From: an uncultured Ruminococcus sp.
Lineage (GTDB): Bacteria > Bacillota > Clostridia > Oscillospirales > CAG-272
Assembly (NCBI GenBank): GCA_964630635.1
Contig: CAZVVM010000001.1
Span: 1,053-50,246, forward strand
Length of the DNA: 49,194 bases
Direction of reading: 5' to 3'
The position numbers and the translations under genes are program-made. How positions within the stretch are numbered: the stretch's first letter is position 1; each line of letters begins with the position of its first letter. Shown in pieces: positions 17,760 to 29,523 of this stretch. The notes below the pieces were generated by a model. The model did not search any database. It saw nothing but the letters and a program-made list of their open reading frames with translations, and was not told where the DNA came from.

Positions 17760-18956
17760 TTAAAGAACCCACTTACCTCTGGTAAAGTCGGGAACTGCAA
17801 CGGGCGCGGAGCCGTTAGCAATCGACTGCTCGGAAAGAGCGGTGATCGACATCCAGGTAGCGGCGTCGTAAACGTTGACGGGCATTTCCTTGCCTTCGCG
17901 CAGGCAGTCGAAGAAGGTGTTGAACTCAAGCCAGTCCATACCGTCGTGACCGCCCTGAACGCCCTCGGTGAGGTATTTCTTCCATACGGGATGGTCGTAC
18001 TGTTCCTCGTATTCCTTTGCGTTTCCGTTACAGTTAGCTCTCCAAGCCCATTCGCGGTCGATATCTTCTTTTCTGTCAAGGAATACCGAGTCGGTGCATT
18101 CCTCATACATACCCTTTGTTCCGCGAACGGTAAATCCACGGCTGTAATAGCGGGGAAGAGTGGTATCGAGGGTAAGAACTATCGTCTCGCCGTGAGCACA
18201 CTTAAGAACGGTCGTAACGACGTCGCCCTGCTGGAAGGTCGCGTTCATAAGCGCGGTATCGTCGCTCTTCTTGTCAGCGATGTACTGCTTAAGTCCCGCT
18301 GCCTTCGACGAGGTCGAGGTGAGGGATATGATTCTGTTACCGTTATTGATCTTAAGAAGCTTTGCAATCGGGCCGAGCTCGTGAGTCGGATAGTTTTCGC
18401 AGTTGCGATTTAAGTAGTTACGGAGACGGTAGTGACGATCGTCGTTACCGAATGCAACCTCGTGACGGAGGTCGTGTGCGTAACAGCCCGAGCAGTGAAC
18501 GATCTCACCGAGAAGTCCTTGCTCAACCATATTGAGGGTCATCATTTCGCGTCTGCCGAAGCAGCAGTTTTCGAGGAACATAAAGGGAACTCCGGTCTGC
18601 TCCTGCGTTTCAACGAGCTTCCAGCAGTCCTTGAGAGAATATGCGCCGCCAACCTCAAGAGCGGTGGGCTTTCCTGCCTTCATAGCGTAAACTGCGGGAT
18701 CGATATGTGCTTCCCAAGCGGTGAGAACGAGAACGACGTCTACGTTTTCGTCGTCGATAAGCTGCTTGTAGTCGGTATAAGTAGCGGGGCGTACTCCGCA
18801 CTTGTCCTCAACTGCTTTAGCAGCTCTTTCAATTCTGTCCTCATAAAGGTCGCAAACAGCGGTGACGGTTACGTCGTGGCAATGAAGGACGACGCTCGTA
18901 AGAAGACTGTATCCTCTGTTACCGAGACCGATTACACCTGCACGAATGTTTTGCAT
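17760..18956 (-). CDS. Gfo/Idh/MocA-family NAD(P)-dependent oxidoreductase (possibly GH109-like; substrate unknown)
   Basis: 398 aa with the N-terminal Rossmann motif RAGVIGLGNRG and a C-terminal alpha/beta dimerisation-type domain. A GGAGG RBS is present. It is divergent from an AraC regulator gene. Confidence 0.8.
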   Translation of the reverse strand: MQNIRAGVIGLGNRGYSLLTSVVLHCHDVTVTAVCDLYEDRIERAAKAVEDKCGVRPATYTDYKQLIDDENVDVVLVLTAWEAHIDPAVYAMKAGKPTALEVGGAYSLKDCWKLVETQEQTGVPFMFLENCCFGRREMMTLNMVEQGLLGEIVHCSGCYAHDLRHEVAFGNDDRHYRLRNYLNRNCENYPTHELGPIAKLLKINNGNRIISLTSTSSKAAGLKQYIADKKSDDTALMNATFQQGDVVTTVLKCAHGETIVLTLDTTLPRYYSRGFTVRGTKGMYEECTDSVFLDRKEDIDREWAWRANCNGNAKEYEEQYDHPVWKKYLTEGVQGGHDGMDWLEFNTFFDCLREGKEMPVNVYDAATWMSITALSEQSIANGSAPVAVPDFTRGKWVL

Positions 18957-19080
18957 TGTTTTTTCCTCCGAAAGTATTTACAAAATTAAAAATATATGCT
19001 AAAACTATAATACTATATCTTTTTTGAAATGTAAATGTGATTTAAGACACAAAATGTATAAATTCAGACACGGAGACGCT

Positions 19081-19917
19081 ATGGAATATCAATTTATACC
19101 CGTTAATCGCCTTATATCGATCGACGGATTTGTGTCCTGCTTTGAGAGAAGTATGGACGATCATTACGTTTTCACGGGAGAAATGCACGATTTTTGGGAG
19201 GTTATGTACGTTGAGGATGGACGCATCTGCGTCAGTGCCGACGAGAACGTGTTGAACCTCAACGCAAACGACATAATTTTCCATAAGCCGATGGCGCTTC
19301 ACAAATTCTATACAGAGGGAAAAGCGAAGATATTCGTCATATCCTTTTCGCTGTCGGGACAGTTGAAAAAGAAGCTTGAAGACAGTTCAATGACGCTTTC
19401 TCTGCGCCAGAAGGAAATGCTCTACGGCATAATATCTCTTCTTCGGGAAAGCTCTGACGAAACCGATTATGATTATACCGAGTATAGCCATATTCTTGAC
19501 GGCGAGCCGTTAATTTGCCAGCAAATAGCGTCGCTTTGCGAGAACCTGTTCGTTTCACTGTCAAGGGATAATACGCCGATAGTTGACCACCCGAGAAGCT
19601 TTGAGACTGATATGTTCAGAAACGCGGTTCTTCTGATGGATGAAAATATTTACGACTGGATAAGCGCGGAGGATATTGCTAAAAAGCTGAACATAAGCGT
19701 GTCGTATCTTAAGAAGATCTTTTCTAAATATGCAGGTCTCGGAATACACAAGTATTTTCTTAAATCAAAAATAACGCTTGCTTGCCGTTTGCTCCGGCGC
19801 GGAATGAGCGTCTGCGAGGTCTCGGAGAAGCTGTCGTTCAGCAGTCATAACTATTTCAGTACCGTCTTCAAGCGTGAGACGGGACGTCTTCCGTCGGAGT
19901 TCAGAAAAGAAAAATAA
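19081..19917 (+). CDS. AraC-family transcriptional regulator (cupin-type sensor plus HTH_18 domain)
   Basis: The C-terminal double HTH (ISAEDIAKKLNISVSYLKKIFSKYAGLGIHKY ... SHNYFSTVFKRETGRLPSEFR) is typical AraC/XylS. The start is moved to the ATG at 19081 (GGAGA RBS), because the track's TTG at 19024 adds an implausible Cys/Lys leader. Confidence 0.8.
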   Translation: MEYQFIPVNRLISIDGFVSCFERSMDDHYVFTGEMHDFWEVMYVEDGRICVSADENVLNLNANDIIFHKPMALHKFYTEGKAKIFVISFSLSGQLKKKLEDSSMTLSLRQKEMLYGIISLLRESSDETDYDYTEYSHILDGEPLICQQIASLCENLFVSLSRDNTPIVDHPRSFETDMFRNAVLLMDENIYDWISAEDIAKKLNISVSYLKKIFSKYAGLGIHKYFLKSKITLACRLLRRGMSVCEVSEKLSFSSHNYFSTVFKRETGRLPSEFRKEK

Positions 19918-19940
19918 CAGCCGATATCAGCTGTTATTTG
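19915..19940. terminator. weak hairpin between convergent AraC gene and small ORF
   Basis: TAACAGC-8 nt loop-GCTGTTA followed by TTTG. It overlaps both stop codons. The stem is short and AT-rich, so confidence is low. Confidence 0.3.
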
Positions 19941-20137
19941 TTCTTCAGTCGTTCTAAAAGACTTTTAACTTTTGATTCTTTCTCCTCGCGCAGATCGGGG
20001 CGTATAACGAAGCTCGCTTCGAGCACGTCGCGTTCATTTACATCGGGTAGAGAAGAAAGCGGTATATTGTAGGTGTTCTCGTTTTCGTCAACGCATACTG
20101 CATAAGACCCCTCAATGCGGTCAACCGTAAGAATAAT
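19934..20137 (-). CDS. small DUF3006-like protein (67 aa), apparent ATT start codon; not in the supplied ORF track
   Basis: My hand translation is (M)ILTVDRIEGSYAVCVDENENTYNIPLSSLPDVNERDVLEASFVIRPDLREEKESKVKSLLERLKNK*. The xVDRIEGxxAV ... P...LP ... L.E.L pattern matches my recollection of DUF3006. An in-frame TGA lies 3 codons upstream and there is no ATG/GTG/TTG before the conserved DRIEG. GGGAG lies 9 nt upstream of the ATT at 20137, and the ORF has its own promoter. Confidence 0.6.
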   Translation of the reverse strand: MILTVDRIEGSYAVCVDENENTYNIPLSSLPDVNERDVLEASFVIRPDLREEKESKVKSLLERLKNK

Positions 20138-20151
20138 ATGTCTTCACTCCC

Positions 20152-20180
20152 TTGAAAAAAATTTTAATGTATGTTATAAT
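20152..20180 (+). promoter_or_regulatory. sigma-A promoter for ligA-obg
   Basis: TTGAAA (20152-20157), 17 nt spacer, TATAAT (20175-20180). It is arranged face-to-face (convergent, crossing) with the minus-strand promoter at 20184-20212, the two -10 boxes lying 3 nt apart. Confidence 0.5.
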
Positions 20181-20183
20181 ACT

Positions 20184-20212
20184 ATTATATCAGCGTTTTA
20201 ATTGCTTGTCAA
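20184..20212 (-). promoter_or_regulatory. sigma-A promoter for the DUF3006-like ORF
   Basis: The minus strand reads TTGACA-17 nt-TATAAT (perfect consensus hexamers), ending about 45 nt upstream of the proposed ATT start. Confidence 0.5.
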
Positions 20213-20229
20213 TAATCATCAGGCGGTAA

Positions 20230-22197
<1,968 letters not shown>

Positions 22198-22207
22198 GGT
22201 GATATTC

Positions 22208-23485
22208 TTGATCACAGATTATGTAAAGGTTTACGTGAAAGCAGGTAACGGCGGTAACGGCGCGGTTAGCTTTCATAGAGAAAAATACGTTTCCCACGGC
22301 GGTCCCGACGGCGGTGACGGCGGACACGGCGGAAACATAATTCTCCGTATTGAAAACGGAGATAACACACTTTTAAAGTACAAATACCGTCATAAGTTCA
22401 TCGCCGAAAACGGCGGAAACGGTATGACTAATAAGCTCCACGGCGCAAACGGCGAGGATATTATTCTTCCCGTTCCGCCCGGAACGGTTGTCAAGGACGC
22501 GGAAAGCGGCAAAATTATCGTCGATATGTCGGAGCGAGACGATTTCGTCCTTTGTAAAGGCGGAAAAGGCGGTTGGGGAAACAGACATTTTGCAACCCCG
22601 ACAAGACAGATACCGCGTTTTGCCAAAAGCGGTCTTAAGGGTGAGGAAAGGGAAGTCATCTTCGAGCTTAAAATGCTTGCGGACGTTGCCCTTATCGGCT
22701 TGCCTAACGTCGGTAAATCTTCGCTTCTTTCAGCGATCAGCGCCGCAACGCCGAAAATTGCCGATTACGACTTTACAACGCTTTCTCCGAATCTCGGCGT
22801 AGTAAAGGTCGACGGCGGTAAGGGCTTCGTATGTGCCGATATTCCCGGACTCATCGAGGGCGCGTCTGACGGAAAGGGACTCGGTCACAGCTTCCTGCGT
22901 CACATCGACAGATGCCGCGTTATGCTTCACCTCGTTGACGTTGACGCTGACTGCGAGCGCGACCCGAGAGAGGATATTGAGCTTATTAACCGCGAGCTTG
23001 AGCAGTATAGCCCCGAGCTTGCAACACGTCCGCAGATAATAGTCGGAAACAAGTTTGATTCGTCGCTTGCAGAATACAACGAGCACGTTAGCGACCTTGA
23101 AGCTTACTGCAAGGAAAAGGATTTGACTCTCTTCTTCATTTCCGCATTGACGGGCGAGAACGTAAAGGTGCTTATAAAGCACGTTTCCCGTATGCTGAAC
23201 GATCTGCCGCCTCTCACCATATTCGAGCCCGATTATATCGAAGCCGAAGATGATGACGGCGAATTCGATGAGCTTGAAATCTATCGTGACGGCAAGGTTT
23301 ACGTTTGCGAATCCGAGTGGCTCTGGCGTCTTGTCGGCCGAGTTAATTTCGAGGACAGAGATTCTCTCAACTACTTCCAGAGAATGCTCCGCATTAACGG
23401 AATTATCGAGAAGCTTGAAGAAGCGGGTGTAACCGACGGCGATACAGTCCGTATGTACGATTTCGAATTTGACTTCGTAAAGTAA
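22208..23485 (+). CDS. obg: GTPase Obg/CgtA
   Basis: Gly-rich Obg fold (VKAGNGGNGAVSFHREKYV..GGPDGGDGGHGG), G1 motif GLPNVGKSS, G3 motif DIPGLIEGA and a C-terminal OCT domain. The preferred start is the TTG at 22208 (GAGGTGA 5 nt upstream), which gives an N-terminal length like B. subtilis Obg. The alternative is the GTG at 22199. Confidence 0.88.
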   Translation: MITDYVKVYVKAGNGGNGAVSFHREKYVSHGGPDGGDGGHGGNIILRIENGDNTLLKYKYRHKFIAENGGNGMTNKLHGANGEDIILPVPPGTVVKDAESGKIIVDMSERDDFVLCKGGKGGWGNRHFATPTRQIPRFAKSGLKGEEREVIFELKMLADVALIGLPNVGKSSLLSAISAATPKIADYDFTTLSPNLGVVKVDGGKGFVCADIPGLIEGASDGKGLGHSFLRHIDRCRVMLHLVDVDADCERDPREDIELINRELEQYSPELATRPQIIVGNKFDSSLAEYNEHVSDLEAYCKEKDLTLFFISALTGENVKVLIKHVSRMLNDLPPLTIFEPDYIEAEDDDGEFDELEIYRDGKVYVCESEWLWRLVGRVNFEDRDSLNYFQRMLRINGIIEKLEEAGVTDGDTVRMYDFEFDFVK

Positions 23486-23544
23486 CCTATTTTCTCCTAT
23501 CTTTACATAAAATGTTAAAGAAATGTAAACATAGGAAAAAGTAC

Positions 23545-23573
23545 TTGCATTTTGCCTTTATACAAGGTATAAT
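23545..23573 (+). promoter_or_regulatory. sigma-A promoter of groESL
   Basis: TTGCAT (23545-23550), 17 nt spacer, TATAAT (23568-23573). Confidence 0.7.
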
Positions 23574-23585
23574 TTCTATTGTGTG

Positions 23586-25569
<1,984 letters not shown>

Positions 25570-25578
25570 TAATTCCAA

Positions 25579-25611
25579 AAATAAACCGCAATTTTGCGGT
25601 TTATTTTTTTA
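25579..25611 (+). terminator. Rho-independent terminator after groEL
   Basis: ATAAACCGC-aatttt-GCGGTTTAT followed by a T7 run. Confidence 0.75.
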
Positions 25612-25679
25612 TTTCTACTTCCTTTTTAGCTCTATGTATGATATAATAATAAGGTTAAAATCATAATTAGGAGTTAATT

Positions 25680-27392
25680 ATGCTTAAATTACTGAAAAAC
25701 ATGAAGGGATACGGTAAGGAATGTATCCTCGGACCGCTTCTTAAGCTTATGGAAGCGCTTATAGAGCTGTTCATTCCGTACGTAGTCCTCAATATGATAA
25801 ATAACGGTATAGAAAAGAGTGATGCGAGTTATATCGTATGGTCTGCGCTCCTTCTTGTCGGTATGGGACTTGTGGGTCTTGCGCTGTCGATAACGGCACA
25901 GTACTTTTCTGCAAAGGCGGCAGTCGGCTTTACTGCACGCGTAAGAGAAAAGCTATTTGCTCATATACAGAAGCTTTCGTACAGCGATATTGACAAGATC
26001 GGTAAGTCAACCCTTATTAACCGTCTGACGAGTGATATGAACCAGGTACAGACGGGTGTGAACCTTGCTCTTCGTCTCTTCCTGCGTTCTCCCTTTATCG
26101 TTTTCGGTGCGGCAATTATGGCTTTTACCGTCAGCCCCGAGGCATCTACGGTCTTCCTTTTGGCAATTCCCGTTCTCGCAATAGTCGTATTCACGGTAAT
26201 GCTCGTAACTATTCCGCTATACAGAAAGGTGCAATCCCGTCTTGACGGCGTCACCGCAAAAACGAGAGAGAATTTAAGCGGCGCGCGTATGCTACGCGCA
26301 CTTGTTAAAGAGGACGATGAGATCGCTTCCTTCAATGAAAAGAACGGCGAGCTTAATCGGGCTCAAAAATTCGTTGGCAGAATTTCGTCGCTGATGAACC
26401 CGATGACCTTCGTCATCATAAATATCGCAATCGCGCTTCTCATCTATAAGGGCGGACTCCGCGTTGAGATCGGACTTCTTTCGCAGGCGGCAGTCATAGC
26501 ACTTTATAACTATATGTCCCAGATACTCGTTGAGCTTATTAAGCTTGCGAATCTTATCATTACGATAACGAAAGCGGTTGCCTGCGGTAAGCGTGTTCAG
26601 TCGGTACTTGATATTCAGCCGTCTATTGTTAAGAGCGAGACAGGCGACTGTGGATCGAATTCACTCGTTGAGTTTAAAGAAGTGTCGTTTAAATATTCAA
26701 AGGGCGGAGATCATGCGCTTAAAGACGTTAATTTTACCGCTGAAAAGGGCGAGACCGTCGGAATTATCGGCGGTACCGGCTCGGGTAAATCTACTCTTAT
26801 AAATCTCCTTTGCCGTTTTTATGATACTACAAATGGCACGGTCTATCTTAAAGGAAATGACGTCAAGGGAATGTCCGAATCAGAGATTCTTTCTCTTATC
26901 GGAATCGTTCCGCAGAAATCGGAGCTTTTTGCAGGCACGATAAAGAGCAATATTCTCTTTGGCAACGAAAGTGCGTCGGACGAAGAAATCAACGAAGCGC
27001 TTGACTGTGCCGTTGCTTCCGAATTCGTAAATAAGCTTGAAAAGGGAATAGACAGCCCCGTTGAGCAGTACGGACGCAATCTTTCGGGCGGTCAGAAGCA
27101 GCGACTGACTCTTGCACGTGCGCTCGTAAAGCGCCCCGAAATACTTATTCTTGACGACAGCTCTTCGGCGCTTGATTACCTTACCGATCTTAAGCTTCGC
27201 AGAAATATCGCGTCGCTCGATTATAAGCCGACCGTCTTTATAGTCTCGCAGAGATTTTCCACCATCAAGGACGCGGACAAAATACTCGTTCTTGACGAGG
27301 GTGAGATCGTCGGTATCGGTAAGCACGACGAGCTTTATGATAGCAACGACCTTTACCGTGAGATCTGCGTATCGCAGACGAAGAATGCGTGA
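25680..27392 (+). CDS. ABC exporter half-transporter, degenerate-site subunit (paralog of 9882..11597)
   Basis: 570 aa with Walker A GGTGSGKST, signature LSGGQ, and Walker B ILILDDSSS (Asp replaces the catalytic Glu). Confidence 0.9.
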   Translation: MLKLLKNMKGYGKECILGPLLKLMEALIELFIPYVVLNMINNGIEKSDASYIVWSALLLVGMGLVGLALSITAQYFSAKAAVGFTARVREKLFAHIQKLSYSDIDKIGKSTLINRLTSDMNQVQTGVNLALRLFLRSPFIVFGAAIMAFTVSPEASTVFLLAIPVLAIVVFTVMLVTIPLYRKVQSRLDGVTAKTRENLSGARMLRALVKEDDEIASFNEKNGELNRAQKFVGRISSLMNPMTFVIINIAIALLIYKGGLRVEIGLLSQAAVIALYNYMSQILVELIKLANLIITITKAVACGKRVQSVLDIQPSIVKSETGDCGSNSLVEFKEVSFKYSKGGDHALKDVNFTAEKGETVGIIGGTGSGKSTLINLLCRFYDTTNGTVYLKGNDVKGMSESEILSLIGIVPQKSELFAGTIKSNILFGNESASDEEINEALDCAVASEFVNKLEKGIDSPVEQYGRNLSGGQKQRLTLARALVKRPEILILDDSSSALDYLTDLKLRRNIASLDYKPTVFIVSQRFSTIKDADKILVLDEGEIVGIGKHDELYDSNDLYREICVSQTKNA

Positions 27393-27402
27393 GGTGAACG
27401 AT

Positions 27403-29163
27403 ATGAAAAAGAAAATTTCAGCTTCATCACTCAAGCGCTCGCTCACCTACGTCAAGCGCTATAAGCTTCTAATAACTCTCACGCTTATCCTTGCAACGGT
27501 ATACGTTGCATCGTCGCTTATTATACCGATCATAATCGGTAACGCGATCGACCTTATGATCGAAGGCACGCTTTTTGCCGACAAGGTCGCAAAGGTTCTT
27601 GGAATTACCGTAATCGTGGCTCTTATCGGCGGAATTGCACAGTGGCTGATGAGCGTAATCAACAACAGAATAACCTATAACGTGATCCGCGATATGCGTA
27701 ACGACGCCTTCGCAAAAATTCAGCGCCTGCCTCTATCGTACCTTGATAAGCACCCCGTCGGAGATACCGTCAGCCGAATTATTGCCGATGTCGAGCAATT
27801 CTCGGACGGTATGCTGATGGGCTTTACACAGCTATTTACCGGCATGCTGACTATCATTGCGACGCTTGTGTTTATGCTCGTTCTTAACCCGATAATTGCA
27901 ATCGTAGTGTTCCTTTTAACGCCTCTTTCGCTTTTTATCGCATCCTTTATCACGAAGCGCACGCAAAGGTTCTTCGCCCAGCAGGCGAAAACGCGCGGCG
28001 AGCAGACCGATTATATCAACGAAACGGTTGAGAATATCAAGACCGTCAAGGCGTTCAACCGCGAGGACGACGTATCCGAAAAATTCACCGAGATCAACCG
28101 CCGTCTTGAAAAGAGCGCCCTTAACGCAACCTTTTTCTCCTCGCTCGTTAATCCGACGACCAGATTTGTAAACTCGGTAGTTTACGCCGCAGTTGCTTGC
28201 GTCGGCTCGCTGTTTGCCGCAGGCATCTTCGGCTTCAGCTCAATCATAATAACAGTCGGTGAACTGTCGACGTTTTTGCAGTACGTCAATCAGTATACGA
28301 AGCCATTCAATGAAATATCGGGCGTGTATGCAGAACTCCAGAACGCACTTGCCTGTGCAGACAGATTTTTCGAATTTATTGAAGAGGACGCGGAGATCCC
28401 CGATTTGCCCGACGCCGTCGTGCTTGAAAACGTAAAGGGGAACATCGAGGCGCAAAACGTGGCGTTCTCGTATGACCAAGAAAAGCCGCTTATCACCGAT
28501 TTCAGCATCAGCGTTAAGAGCGGAATGAAGGTTGCAATCGTCGGACCGACGGGCTGCGGTAAAACTACGTTTATAAATCTTCTTCTGCGCTTCTATGACG
28601 TGAACGGGGGTTCGATCAAGATAGACGGACACGACATAAGAAAGATAACCCGCAAGTCTCTGCGCGAAAATTACGGAATGGTCCTTCAGGAGACCTGGCT
28701 TAAAGCGGGAACCGTTCGTGAAAATCTTAAGCTCGGACGTCCCGACGCGACCGACGAAGAAATGATAAGCGCCGCAAAGCGCGTACATTGTCACGGTTTC
28801 ATTTCGAGAATGGAAAACGGATACGACACCGTAATTGAAGAAAACGGCGGAGAGCTTTCGGGCGGACAGAAGCAGCTTCTGTGTATTGCACGCGCTATGA
28901 TATCCGATCCGCCTATCCTCATTCTCGATGAGGCGACGTCGTCGATCGACACGAGAACCGAGCTTCGCGTTCAGAACGCGATGAAGGATCTTATGGAGGG
29001 CAGAACCTCGTTCGTTGTTGCACACCGTCTTTCCACGATAAAGGAAGTTGACCTTATACTCGTAATGAAGGACGGAAACATCGTTGAGCAGGGAAGCCAC
29101 GCGGAGCTTATTGAAAAGGGCGGCTTCTATGCAGAACTGTTTGAAAGCCAATTTTCTCATTAA
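27403..29163 (+). CDS. ABC exporter half-transporter, consensus-site subunit (paralog of 8110..9885)
   Basis: 586 aa counted from the ATG at 27403 (GAGGTGA RBS, 10 nt after the upstream stop). Walker A is GPTGCGKTT, the signature is LSGGQ and Walker B is ILILDEATS. The track's start at 27292 overlaps the upstream gene by 100 nt and is rejected. Confidence 0.9.
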   Translation: MKKKISASSLKRSLTYVKRYKLLITLTLILATVYVASSLIIPIIIGNAIDLMIEGTLFADKVAKVLGITVIVALIGGIAQWLMSVINNRITYNVIRDMRNDAFAKIQRLPLSYLDKHPVGDTVSRIIADVEQFSDGMLMGFTQLFTGMLTIIATLVFMLVLNPIIAIVVFLLTPLSLFIASFITKRTQRFFAQQAKTRGEQTDYINETVENIKTVKAFNREDDVSEKFTEINRRLEKSALNATFFSSLVNPTTRFVNSVVYAAVACVGSLFAAGIFGFSSIIITVGELSTFLQYVNQYTKPFNEISGVYAELQNALACADRFFEFIEEDAEIPDLPDAVVLENVKGNIEAQNVAFSYDQEKPLITDFSISVKSGMKVAIVGPTGCGKTTFINLLLRFYDVNGGSIKIDGHDIRKITRKSLRENYGMVLQETWLKAGTVRENLKLGRPDATDEEMISAAKRVHCHGFISRMENGYDTVIEENGGELSGGQKQLLCIARAMISDPPILILDEATSSIDTRTELRVQNAMKDLMEGRTSFVVAHRLSTIKEVDLILVMKDGNIVEQGSHAELIEKGGFYAELFESQFSH

Positions 29164-29178
29164 TTTTGTAAAATACTA

Positions 29179-29207
29179 TTGACTTTACCACTTTACTATG
29201 GTAAAAT
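29179..29207 (+). promoter_or_regulatory. sigma-A promoter (extended -10) of the yerC-like/his operon
   Basis: TTGACT (29179-29184), 17 nt spacer, TGgTAAAAT (-10 at 29202-29207). Confidence 0.55.
29184..29205. promoter_or_regulatory. inverted repeat, candidate repressor operator overlapping the his promoter
   Basis: TTTACCA (29184-29190), 8 nt spacer, TGGTAAA (29199-29205): perfect 7-bp arms. The spacer itself (CTTTACTA) is a near direct repeat of the left arm (CTTTACCA). Confidence 0.45.
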
Positions 29208-29235
29208 GTTGACATCTTGTTTTTTAGGAGCAAAA

Positions 29236-29520
29236 ATGAAGAAGATAAGAAACGAAGAAATTGATATTTTGTTTGAGGCGATACTGTCCCTTACGGATAT
29301 CGACGAGTGTCGAAGATTCTTCGACGATCTCTGCACCCGTAAAGAGATCAACGATATGACACAGCGCCTGACGGTTGCAAAAATGCTGATGAACGATGAC
29401 AAGTACGTTGACATCACATCAAAGACGGGCGTAAGCTCTGCTACCATAAGCCGCGTTGTCAAGTGCCTCGACGATGAGGACAGCGGTTACGCAAAAGTTT
29501 TGAATAAGATCGGAAAGTAA
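29236..29520 (+). CDS. TrpR-like YerC/YecD-family DNA-binding protein (candidate histidine-operon regulator)
   Basis: 94 aa counted from the ATG at 29236 (AGGAG RBS). The blocks LFEAILSL, ECRRFFDDLCT..EINDMTQRL.VAKML and TGVSSATISRV match the YerC/YecD family. The stop lies 3 nt before hisZ. Confidence 0.8.
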   Translation: MKKIRNEEIDILFEAILSLTDIDECRRFFDDLCTRKEINDMTQRLTVAKMLMNDDKYVDITSKTGVSSATISRVVKCLDDEDSGYAKVLNKIGK

Positions 29521-29523
29521 GAT

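Noticed and set aside
17739-18989. Plus-strand ORFs 17739..18413 and 18432..18989.
   Set aside because: They are antisense to the Gfo/Idh/MocA gene, which has a clear Rossmann motif and RBS. Their translations are featureless.
23486-23540. A possible terminator hairpin after obg (TTTACAT...ATGTAAA).
   Set aside because: The stem is 7 bp and all A/T, with a 15-nt loop and no following T-run. That is too weak to call.
29209-29214. A second TTGACA hexamer just downstream of the his promoter -10.
   Set aside because: No -10-like hexamer lies at 16-19 nt spacing, because that position falls in the RBS/ATG region. It is probably fortuitous.
29164-29235. A T-box leader or histidine attenuator upstream of the his operon.
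   Set aside because: Only 72 nt are available. I saw no specifier-loop or T-box sequence, no His-codon-rich leader peptide and no terminator/antiterminator pair. Regulation by the YerC-like protein is the better hypothesis.
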